A stretch of 64,000 nucleotides of DNA from an uncultured cyanobacterium (GTDB lineage: Bacteria > Cyanobacteriota > Cyanobacteriia > Cyanobacteriales > Nostocaceae), in contig OY970166.1 in assembly GCA_963706595.1 (NCBI GenBank), positions 4,224,001 to 4,288,000 of the forward strand, written 5' to 3'. A program made the translations under genes and the position numbers. Shown one piece after another: positions 10,512-18,731 of this stretch. Each line of letters opens with the position of its first letter. Positions within the stretch are counted from its first letter, which is position 1. The notes beneath the pieces are model-generated. The model ran no database searches and was not told the DNA's origin. It saw only the letters and a program-made list of their open reading frames with translations.

Positions 10512-11105
10512 CGCAATACCACGCACAAAAATATCTACACAAGTTTCAATATAATCCTCACAACTGTAGCTATTTTGGTGATATTTTACAGTCCGGCATA
10601 ACATTCCGGCTAATAGCATCCCTGTAAACATATCAACAGCCGGCAACGGATGAAGATCAAGTCTAACAGTGCCTCGTTTCTGACTAGATTGCAAGTAAGC
10701 AACCAATTTTTCACCCAAAGGCTGGGCAGCTTCTTGAATTATTTGCCTAGCGGCTTCAGGATGACGTTTAGCTTCCCCAATGAAAGTCCGAATCAAATCT
10801 TCGTGTGCTTCCAGCATGGCATTATAAAGCTGGGCATACTTTTTTAAATCAACGCCAAGATTCTGTGTCCAAGCTTCGGGGTGGGCGAGGGCTTCTGTTT
10901 GCAGGGCGGAAGCATTTTCAATTACTGCCCTGAGCAGTTGTTCTTTGCTAGCAAAGTGGCGAAATAAAGTCACCTCATTCACTCTGGCGACACGAGCTAT
11001 TTCACGAGTAGTTGCACCTTGAACACCTAAACTAGCAAATACCTGTGAGGCAGCTTCTATCAAACGTGTACGGGTAAGAGCGGATGAGCGGATAGTTCTA
11101 TTCAT
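10500..11105 (-). CDS. TetR/AcrR family transcriptional regulator
   Basis: ATTREIARVARVNEVTLFRHFASKEQL helix-turn-helix. Confidence 0.93.
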   Translation of the reverse strand: MNRTIRSSALTRTRLIEAASQVFASLGVQGATTREIARVARVNEVTLFRHFASKEQLLRAVIENASALQTEALAHPEAWTQNLGVDLKKYAQLYNAMLEAHEDLIRTFIGEAKRHPEAARQIIQEAAQPLGEKLVAYLQSSQKRGTVRLDLHPLPAVDMFTGMLLAGMLCRTVKYHQNSYSCEDYIETCVDIFVRGIAVNS

Positions 11106-11210
11106 TTTGCTGGCAAATACTTGCTTAAACAGTATTACATTTTGTTAAATTTGTTGCAAAAACAGTAAAACAAGTTCACTCAGTTTTACTAATCTTAAAG
11201 CATATCTTGA

Positions 11211-11702
11211 TCAAGCAGGAGTTAAATTTTTACTCATTTTGGTAACTGGAACAACTATGCCCGTTCTGAGCTGATGAGGCGCTCTTTTTATCGGAGTAAA
11301 TCCCAGTCGAAAATAAAATCCTTCCGCATAAAGACTGGCAGTTGTAATTACTTTATCTATACCTTGATTAGCCGCTTCCTGACAAAAATGTGTAACTAAA
11401 GCGCGTCCTATGCCTTTACCTTGATAATAAGGATGCACATATAGTGCAATCAGTTCATCAACCATGAAACTAGTAAAACCTGTAATCATCTGATTCTCCA
11501 CCGCCACCCAGAAAATTTCGGCTTGCATATAATGCAAAATATTTTCACCATTAGGCTTGTCGCGATAATTACGCCAAGCCAATAGCTGTTTTCGGGTGTA
11601 AAAAGTTGTGGGAAGAGCTTTGATGGCTGCAATATGAATTGCACTCATCACCCACGCGTCTTTTTCCTGTGCGAGTCGCAGAAATATATTTTGGTCGCTC
11701 AT
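11211..11702 (-). CDS. GNAT family acetyltransferase
   Basis: LYVHPYYQGKGIGRAL acetyl-CoA motif; AEGFYFRLGF. Confidence 0.92.
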   Translation of the reverse strand: MSDQNIFLRLAQEKDAWVMSAIHIAAIKALPTTFYTRKQLLAWRNYRDKPNGENILHYMQAEIFWVAVENQMITGFTSFMVDELIALYVHPYYQGKGIGRALVTHFCQEAANQGIDKVITTASLYAEGFYFRLGFTPIKRAPHQLRTGIVVPVTKMSKNLTPA

Positions 11703-11792
11703 AATACAGCAGTTTTAATGTATGAAACTAACTTGCTCTCCTGCTGTATGTTAGCAATTTCCAGCCCCAGGCCTAAAGCCTGTGGGCTGATC

Positions 11793-12764
11793 CTATTTTT
11801 CTTTCTCCTTCTCCTTTTCAGCCTCTGGGGAAGGCTTTTTGAGAACTGGTTTGGGCGGATTAATACTGGGCTTAGGATTATCCTTTTTGGCTGGTTGCGG
11901 GAGTGTCGCTTTATTCTTCTGAGACTCTTGCAGGGCGGTAGCTTTATCCTTTTTAGATGCTTTGAGAAATCTAGGTGCAGTTTCTTGGGGTGGAGCTAAT
12001 AGTGCCACAAAACCGAAGACATTACGCCCAGGCAAAAATTTGGCTTTCAGGGAGACAAAAACCGGATGTCCTTGGTCTTCTTTTTCAGCTTTGGGATTAA
12101 ATCTGAAGGGTCTAACTGGTGCGTCCTTCCAGAATAAAGGCAAATGACTAGCCTTCATAAATTTCACCTTTCTCGTTGGCTCGGCCTGCTTAATATATTC
12201 AAGTCGTTCACGAGTAAAATTGCGGAAAACGGAAATGCAAGGAGTTTGACAAACGGGAATAAATTGCCAAAGTCCTGAGAATTTAAACTCGTTGTCTTCT
12301 AACTCTGCTGAAACTGTCTGTTGTTCTCTCCCTCTGTCAAAACCAACTAGCTGAAAAGTCATACTATGTGGTTGATCTTTACGCGGAAAATGAACTGCTT
12401 TAGGATAAACTACTAGCCTAAAAGTCTTGTTACCAGTAGTTTCTATTTCTTTAGTGAGAGCGTCAAATACTTTGCGTTTTTGGGGAATATAGAAAAGCGG
12501 ATATTCTAAATTACCAATGGTAACTGTGTTTTTACCATCTTCATTTAAGTTTACATCCCCAACTATTACCCCAATAGCTTGAAATATTGCTCCCGATTCT
12601 TCAATCTCTTCCTGAGTTTCAGTATCAATATTTACTTCTTCAGGTTCAGGTGGGGTTTGAAGTTGAGTTTCAGCCTCATTTGGCTCATTGGGGGTAGGTT
12701 CAGTAGATGACATAGTGGTTAGTTTTTTTGTTCGAGCAATAATTCTTTGAGATACAGGCGACAT
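11793..12764 (-). CDS. Hypothetical protein with acidic N-terminus and Lys/Pro-rich tail
   Basis: 323-aa ORF with protein-like composition; start uncertain. Confidence 0.75.
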   Translation of the reverse strand: MSPVSQRIIARTKKLTTMSSTEPTPNEPNEAETQLQTPPEPEEVNIDTETQEEIEESGAIFQAIGVIVGDVNLNEDGKNTVTIGNLEYPLFYIPQKRKVFDALTKEIETTGNKTFRLVVYPKAVHFPRKDQPHSMTFQLVGFDRGREQQTVSAELEDNEFKFSGLWQFIPVCQTPCISVFRNFTRERLEYIKQAEPTRKVKFMKASHLPLFWKDAPVRPFRFNPKAEKEDQGHPVFVSLKAKFLPGRNVFGFVALLAPPQETAPRFLKASKKDKATALQESQKNKATLPQPAKKDNPKPSINPPKPVLKKPSPEAEKEKEKEK

Positions 12765-12940
12765 TTGAGAGACTGAAAAAATCCCATAGGTACATACGAA
12801 ACAATGTTACATACAAGTTGCTAAACTACGCTTGGTAGGGAAGTAGTGACTGATAGAACAATTCTACCCAGGCAAAAGCTAGCCCATGCTAACACCAACC
12901 AACTACCTTTAATAACGCTCTCTCCCTGTGAGGATTATAG

Positions 12941-13056
12941 CTAGTACAGGTCGGCAGAAATAGCACAACCCTTTGAAATCACTGAAAAGCCTATTTTATA
13001 AGACTTTTGTACGGGCGGATTGCAATCAGCCTCTCCTGACTTCACGGCGGTACGAG
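12941..13056. mobile_element. CTAG-bounded MITE-like element, copy 1
   Basis: CTAGTAC...GGCGGTACGAG; shares GAAAAGCCTA and ATAAGACTT...TGTACGGGCG blocks with 24148-24266. Confidence 0.65.
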
Positions 13057-13115
13057 GTAACTTACTCAGTCAATTATTTTAAAGCTTATCCTTAGTAATT
13101 ACGATAGTATGCACC

Positions 13116-14168
13116 ATGACCAATTACTTTCGCGCTAATATCGATGCCATGGCCAGCTATGTCCCCGGTGAACAGCCCCAAGGTGGGATACAGATCATTA
13201 AACTCAATAGTAACGAAAATCCCTATCCTCCCTCGCCTGCGGTGCTAGCTGTGCTGAAGAATATTGAAGGGGAGTGGTTACGACGGTATCCAGAACCGTT
13301 AGGGGGAGAATTCCGGCGAGCTGCAAGTAAAGTTTTGGGCGTTCCTAGTGATTGGATCATTGTCGGTAATGGCAGTGATGAAGTTTTGAATTTAGTGATT
13401 CGAGCTTGCACTGAACCTGGAAGAAAGGTAGTTTACCCGATACCAACTTATGTATTATATGTGACTTTGAGCCAAATGCAGGCGGCGGAAGTTGTGGAGA
13501 TTCCTTATGGAGAAGATTACAAATTACCCGTGGAGGAAATCATCGCCGCTAATGGGTCTGTAACATTCATTGCGTCGCCTAATAGTCCTTCAGGTCATGT
13601 AGTACCAATCACCGATTTACGACAACTCGCAAGCCGTTTATCTGGGGTTTTAGTGATTGATGAAGCTTATGTAGATTTTGCTGAGGAAAATGCTCTGGCT
13701 TTGGTGAAGGAATACGAGAACGTGATTGTAATTCGCACACTTTCCAAGGGTTACTCATTGGCTGGATTACGCCTGGGCTTTGGTGTGGCTCATCCCAAGT
13801 TGCTGCATGGATTGTTTAAGGTTAAGGATAGTTATAACATTGATGCGATCGCCTGTGCTTTAGGAACAGCTGCCATTACTGATCAAGATTATAAAAATGC
13901 TTGTGCAGACAAGGTGAAAGCATCACGGACGCAACTAGCCACAGACTTAAAAAAATTAAATTTCCAGGTTTGGGATTCCCAGACTAACTTTTTGTTGGTA
14001 CAGCCTCCCCAAGAAAATGCCGAATATCTCTATCAACAACTGAAAGAACGCCAAATTTTAGTCCGCTACTTCCCACAGCCAGGACTCGATAATAAATTAC
14101 GCATCACGGTTGGCACAGATGCCCAAAATCAAGTTTTAATAGAAACACTGAGTCAAATTTGCTCGTAG
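13116..14168 (+). CDS. hisC: Histidinol-phosphate aminotransferase
   Basis: KLNSNENPY, GNGSDE, DEAY, RTLSKGYSLAGLRLG PLP-lysine motif. Confidence 0.95.
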   Translation: MTNYFRANIDAMASYVPGEQPQGGIQIIKLNSNENPYPPSPAVLAVLKNIEGEWLRRYPEPLGGEFRRAASKVLGVPSDWIIVGNGSDEVLNLVIRACTEPGRKVVYPIPTYVLYVTLSQMQAAEVVEIPYGEDYKLPVEEIIAANGSVTFIASPNSPSGHVVPITDLRQLASRLSGVLVIDEAYVDFAEENALALVKEYENVIVIRTLSKGYSLAGLRLGFGVAHPKLLHGLFKVKDSYNIDAIACALGTAAITDQDYKNACADKVKASRTQLATDLKKLNFQVWDSQTNFLLVQPPQENAEYLYQQLKERQILVRYFPQPGLDNKLRITVGTDAQNQVLIETLSQICS

Positions 14169-14182
14169 TCAGGACTTTAGTC

Positions 14183-15259
14183 CTATCTTTTAAAATACTC
14201 AATTACAGCATGAGCGATCGCTTCATTCCCGTCTTTAGCCAGAGGTTGAGATTGCTTTGGAAGCTGTGGCGTTTCATGCAGAAAATCCCAATCACCTGCA
14301 AAAAATTCCTTCGGCGTAAGAATTTGATGTTGATTGTAATTAACAATACCTTCTAACAGCAAATTAGCTTCAGCAAAATCATCTCGCGGAATCGTCACCA
14401 GAGGGATATCAAGTTTTGTGGCTTCCGAAAAAGTGCTGTAACCAGGTTTAGAAACCACACGCCCACAAATCGGCATAAAATCCACAGGACGGTATTTTTT
14501 GTCGCTAATTTTACAGACATTAGGTAACTCAGGGGCAGATTTATCAAAGATAATAAATTGCCAATCGGGAAAATGCCGTAAATTTTCGTAAGGTATTTGT
14601 TGTACACCCAAACCGCCGAAGGTGAGTAAAATTGTTTTTTCTTTAGGCGCAGTTATCCCCCAAGTAGCCCGGAGTTGATCAGCAGAGTAAAGCGGAGTAC
14701 CACCAGTTAAACCGACATTTGTAATATTATTGAAGGCTGACATCGGTTCGTGAAAAGGCAAACGAAACAGTTTATCTGACTTGGAATAACATTCACTAAT
14801 CCAATCAGCAATAGCCATAAATTCGTCTCCCCAATCTCGGTAGATCAAGTCCCAACCAAAATTACTGATCATCCAACAGGGAATATTTGCCGTTTTGCCA
14901 AATAAAGGCGCTAAAAATGGAATATCTGCCAAGATTAAATCCACCCGATTTTGCCGGATAAAATTGACTTCTGAGGCAATTAGGGAATTTTGCTGCTTTT
15001 GAATTTCCCGCAACTTGGCTAAAGTCGCAGGTTTATCCATTGTCAAACTATCTGCCTGCACCACACCCAAATCAAAAGCGCGGGGACGATGAATAAAATC
15101 GCCTTCTATGTAGCACTCTAGCAACCATCGGGGGGCAGTTGTCACCATAATCAGCAAAACTTCTGGACATAACTTTTGAATTGTTGATGCTAGTGATGCT
15201 GTGCGAGTAGCATGACCAAAGCCGTGATTAGTGATTGCTACGTATAAAATTGGGCGCAT
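14183..15259 (-). CDS. GT-B-fold glycosyltransferase-like protein
   Basis: Real start MRPILYVAITNHGFGHATR; SKPGYSTFSEA motif; the track's PTPHSPL extension is STRR DNA. Confidence 0.85.
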   Translation of the reverse strand: MRPILYVAITNHGFGHATRTASLASTIQKLCPEVLLIMVTTAPRWLLECYIEGDFIHRPRAFDLGVVQADSLTMDKPATLAKLREIQKQQNSLIASEVNFIRQNRVDLILADIPFLAPLFGKTANIPCWMISNFGWDLIYRDWGDEFMAIADWISECYSKSDKLFRLPFHEPMSAFNNITNVGLTGGTPLYSADQLRATWGITAPKEKTILLTFGGLGVQQIPYENLRHFPDWQFIIFDKSAPELPNVCKISDKKYRPVDFMPICGRVVSKPGYSTFSEATKLDIPLVTIPRDDFAEANLLLEGIVNYNQHQILTPKEFFAGDWDFLHETPQLPKQSQPLAKDGNEAIAHAVIEYFKR

Positions 15260-15438
15260 ATAGTAATCCGCGTTGATTTTTGATAGCTTGCGTAAGTGGG
15301 GAGTGGGGAGTGGGGAATGGGGAGTGGGGAGTGGGGAATGGGGAGTGGGGAGTGGGGAGTGGGGAGTGGGAAACAGCTTTTTGAGTTGTAAGCGCAAAGC
15401 GCAGGCTACGCCAACAGAAATCAAATAAAACTCCTATA
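15259..15438. mobile_element. TATAG-ended MITE-like element containing about 10 GGGGAGT/GGGGAAT units; truncated sibling at 25257-25330
   Basis: Imperfect TIRs TATAG..ATCC..TTGATTT / AAATCAAAT..ACT.CTATA. Confidence 0.6.
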
Positions 15439-15469
15439 TTAATTTGTAATTCGGACTAGGAATGCATGG

Positions 15470-16126
15470 TCAAGAATTTGGTTCGCGATTAATCCAAATC
15501 CCCCTCAAACCAGCTGCTTTAGCTCCTTGATAATCCTCTACAATGCTGTCACCAATGTGCCACGCTGCTTCAGGTGGACAGTTATGTTTTGCTAAAGCGA
15601 TCGCAAAAATTTTGGGATCAGGTTTAGCCGCACGGGCTTGAGTTGAAATAGTGACTGAGTTAAAATAACTGCTCAATTCTAAACTTTGTAATACTGAGAA
15701 AATTCGGGAGTCGAAATTAGACAGTATTCCGAGTTCGATACCCTGTCGTCGCCAGTCTATCAAAGATGACAAAACATCAGGATAAACGAACCAAGGTTCA
15801 GCCGTGCCAAAGTGGATATAGAGTTCACTAAAAAAACTAGAAAAATCAGCAAATTGTTCGATAACACCGGCGCTTTCAAAAGTATTCAGGGTTATTTTCC
15901 GCCACCATTCAAACTCTTGTTGGGGAAGATCATGTAACTCTGCATTGGGAAATACCGGTGGTGCTGCGGCTTTAAAGCTTTGCAGAAAGGTTGTATTTAA
16001 TATTTCTGCTGAAGCTTCAACATCAAATTCCTTGGCTATTTGACTATAAACTTCGCCCACGCTGCCTTTTACGCCGAAGAGTGTGCCAACAGCATCTAAA
16101 AGAATAACTTTCGGTCGTTCCATCAA
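15470..16126 (-). CDS. HAD-IA family hydrolase
   Basis: DAVGTL, SNFD, KPDPKIF, HIGDS..D motifs. Confidence 0.92.
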   Translation of the reverse strand: MMERPKVILLDAVGTLFGVKGSVGEVYSQIAKEFDVEASAEILNTTFLQSFKAAAPPVFPNAELHDLPQQEFEWWRKITLNTFESAGVIEQFADFSSFFSELYIHFGTAEPWFVYPDVLSSLIDWRRQGIELGILSNFDSRIFSVLQSLELSSYFNSVTISTQARAAKPDPKIFAIALAKHNCPPEAAWHIGDSIVEDYQGAKAAGLRGIWINREPNS

Positions 16127-16181
16127 ACCTTGTATAATTAATTGTAAATGTGGGGTTTTAGATTTGGTAAAATGCCAAAAT

Positions 16182-17375
16182 CTAATCAGAAAGTGTATCT
16201 ATAATAGGACGAACTAGCCAATTAAAACCAACTTTGAGTTGATGATCTAAAGTTGGCATCCGATAGAGATAAGCTAGACGACGGGCAAGGTATGCTAAGG
16301 AACCATCTAATTTCACACCTAAACCTGTGAGGGTGGCGTTATCTATCCCTAATGCCATCATTTCACCTAACTGCTGGTAACGGAATGGTAGTAAGGGGCG
16401 ATCGCTCAGTGAAGCCCAGATATTCCACGCAGTATAATCAGCTTGTTGGAAAGCAACTTGGGCTGTAGCTGGAACTTGTTGACCTTCAGCATCAACACAG
16501 TCGGCTAAATCTCCCAAGGCAAAAATTTCTGGATGTTCTAGAACTTGTAAAGTGGGTGTAGTGGTGATTTGACCACGCTGATTTTGTTTTAAAGCCAGTG
16601 TCTTGACTACAGGCGCAACTCTGGTTCCTACAGTCCAAATGACTAAATCTACAGGAATTGTATCAACCTGATTTTTGTATTCTAGGGAGATGGTATCCTG
16701 TCCTATGGATTCAACTTTGGTTTCTAAATCTAGAAATACTTTTTTTGCTTCTAAAGCTTTTTTAGCAGCTTCGCGGTTAAATTCTGGGGAAGTGCGTAAA
16801 ATTTGATCACCAATTTCAATTAGGCGGAAACGTCCCTTTTCTCCAAGTCTGTCTGCTAATTTACAGGCTAATTCTACACCACTGTAACCAGCGCCCACAA
16901 TGGCGACGCGAATTTTATCTGCATTGGATTCTTCGAGAACTCGCAGACGTTCTTCTAAACGATAGGCATCTGTAATATTGCGGAAAGGGTAAGCGTGGGA
17001 GGTAGCACCGGGAACCATATCTAATGGTGTTTCTCCACCCAAAGCCAATACTAAGCGATCGTAGGCGATTTCTGGACCATCTTGTAAATATACCCGTTGT
17101 TGTTCGGTGTCAATTCCAGCGACAACAGCTTGACAAAAACGCACACCTGTGTTTTGTAGAAGTTCTTCAAACGGTGGGGCGATTTCCCAGGTTTGCAGTT
17201 CCCCGGTGAGTAATTCGTAGAGTAAAGGTGCAAAAATAAAGCGATCGCTTTGATCAACTAAGACAATTTCGGGCTTTTGGTCATTTTCCCAAGGTAACTG
17301 GCTTAAGCGCAGGGCGGTATATAGACCACCAAAACCTCCGCCGAGGATACATATTCTAGGAGTTTGTTGAGTCAT
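16182..17375 (-). CDS. ndbB: Type II NAD(P)H dehydrogenase family; likely demethylphylloquinone reductase NdbB
   Basis: GGGFGG and GAGYSG dinucleotide folds; PATAQVAFQQ. Confidence 0.75.
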   Translation of the reverse strand: MTQQTPRICILGGGFGGLYTALRLSQLPWENDQKPEIVLVDQSDRFIFAPLLYELLTGELQTWEIAPPFEELLQNTGVRFCQAVVAGIDTEQQRVYLQDGPEIAYDRLVLALGGETPLDMVPGATSHAYPFRNITDAYRLEERLRVLEESNADKIRVAIVGAGYSGVELACKLADRLGEKGRFRLIEIGDQILRTSPEFNREAAKKALEAKKVFLDLETKVESIGQDTISLEYKNQVDTIPVDLVIWTVGTRVAPVVKTLALKQNQRGQITTTPTLQVLEHPEIFALGDLADCVDAEGQQVPATAQVAFQQADYTAWNIWASLSDRPLLPFRYQQLGEMMALGIDNATLTGLGVKLDGSLAYLARRLAYLYRMPTLDHQLKVGFNWLVRPIIDTLSD

Positions 17376-17440
17376 CGATTTTATAGGAAAGTCAATCCCA
17401 GCATGGCAACTACCTTCAGTGTAATGAATTTCTTTGCTTC

Positions 17441-17545
17441 TATAGCTGTTATCAGTTAAGTGAGATAGAAGAACCCCACCCCCAACCCCCTCCCCGCAAG
17501 CGAGGAGGGGGCTATGATGTTCTTCATTGAAGTTCGTACCGCTAT
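17441..17545. mobile_element. TATAGC...GCTATA MITE-like element carrying the CCCCACCCCCAACCCCTCCCCGCAAGCGAGGAGGGG hairpin repeat
   Basis: Same core at about 26605-26642, 35220-35295 (inverted) and 43670-43732. Confidence 0.65.
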
Positions 17546-17592
17546 ATTGCCATTAGTCGATAATCTCTATATGTATGTTAAGTGGTTTCGGT

Positions 17593-17645
17593 GCGATCGC
17601 ATCCCTCGTCGTAGGCATCGCATCCCTCATCGTAGGCATCGCATC
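17593..17645. repeat. HIP1 site followed by two 21-nt tandem units ending in ATCGC
   Basis: GCGATCGC-ATCCCTCGTCGTAGGCATCGC-ATCCCTCATCGTAGGCATCGC. Confidence 0.75.
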
Positions 17646-17663
17646 TATTTTTTTTCTCTGCAT

Positions 17664-17933
17664 TTATGGGAAGTAGCGATAAATATCCTGACGGTGAAGC
17701 ACACGTACAAAGGTAACTATATCTCCTGTAACCGTGAAACCTATACGGTAGTCTCCTACGCGAATACGATATGCACTATCAGCATCTTTAAGTTTTTTCA
17801 GACTGCTGAACTCATCCAAACTGGAATATCCAGGAATCTCCTCAAACACCAGAGATTTAATTGACTCAAACACCGGAGTGCTTTTCAACGCCTTCAGGTC
17901 TTTGATAAACGTAGGCATATACTCACAGTTCAT
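17664..17933 (-). CDS. RelE/ParE family type II toxin
   Basis: 89 aa; YRIRVGDYRIGF and VLHRQDIYRYFP; ATGA overlap with the upstream gene. Confidence 0.9.
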   Translation of the reverse strand: MNCEYMPTFIKDLKALKSTPVFESIKSLVFEEIPGYSSLDEFSSLKKLKDADSAYRIRVGDYRIGFTVTGDIVTFVRVLHRQDIYRYFP

Positions 17934-18133
17934 TGCTGTTCAAGTTCCGCCAAAGCCTCATTCATACTTAGAGGAATTTCGCCCTTAACTGTTTGCATAG
18001 CTTGGTAAAGTCCTTCGTCTTCAATAGCTTCTAATAGACGCTGATATTCTTCAAAATTGAGGACTACCTTGAGAACTTGACCTTGTTTATTTGTGATTAA
18101 CTCTTGAACAAAAGGATATTCTTCAGCTTTCAT
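17930..18133 (-). CDS. Putative antitoxin (67 aa from ATG 18133)
   Basis: Small acidic ORF (VVLNFEEYQRLLEAIED) translationally coupled to the toxin. Confidence 0.8.
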   Translation of the reverse strand: MKAEEYPFVQELITNKQGQVLKVVLNFEEYQRLLEAIEDEGLYQAMQTVKGEIPLSMNEALAELEQQ

Positions 18134-18264
18134 AGAATCATTACCTTCTACTATAAAGCGATCATTGCCTGACACCCTACATTAAAACTCAGTTCTGCAC
18201 GAGGTGCATATTGACTTTTCACGGGATCTTGAAAACCCCGCTTCCATTCCTCTCCCCTGCAAGG

Positions 18265-18632
18265 CTACAGTGTACACACAAGTGATAGCACTACCAATCC
18301 TCGAATATTACCCCACCCTAACCCTCCCCTTGGAAAGGGGAGGGAACTAGATTTTCCGGTTTCCCCCCTTTCCAAGGCAGGGCTGTTTCATTCCCTCAAA
18401 GGCTTATTATGTCAAGGGATATTTAAAGCGATCGCTCTAAATATCCTGAGAAAAATTTGAATTTTTTGGATTGAAATGTAGGTTTTCCATGACTTCTGTC
18501 CCAAAAATTATCCCTAATGATATTGACAAATCCTCCCTCCTGATGGAATGAAACAGCCCTGCTTTCCAAGGGGGGATTAAGGGGGGTAAAAACCGGATGT
18601 GAAAGTAACGACGATTTGTGTATACACCGTAG
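18265..18632. mobile_element. Middle MITE with 19-bp imperfect TIRs and 10-bp target-site duplication
   Basis: CTACAGTGTACACACAAGT / ATTTGTGTATACACCGTAG (16/19 match); CCCTGCAAGG at 18255-18264 and 18633-18642. Confidence 0.85.
18378..18561. mobile_element. Inner 184-bp MITE with ISAs1-like ends
   Basis: Perfect 17-bp TIR CAGGGCTGTTTCATTCC; 10-bp TSD CTTTCCAAGG at 18368-18377 and 18562-18571. Confidence 0.9.
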
Positions 18633-18731
18633 CCCTGCAAGGAGAGAAGCTTTAAATTTTCCCCCTTCCCTGGTAGGGAAGGGGGTTAGGGGGTTAGGTT
18701 TCGCGTTAGCTTTTCCACATAACGTGAAAAG

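Noticed and set aside
15260..15424. N-terminal PTPHSPL extension in the ORF track
   Set aside because: Translation of STRR/MITE DNA; ATG 15259 gives a normal start.
18437..18640. 67-aa ORF inside the nested MITEs
   Set aside because: Spans element junctions and has no transposase features.
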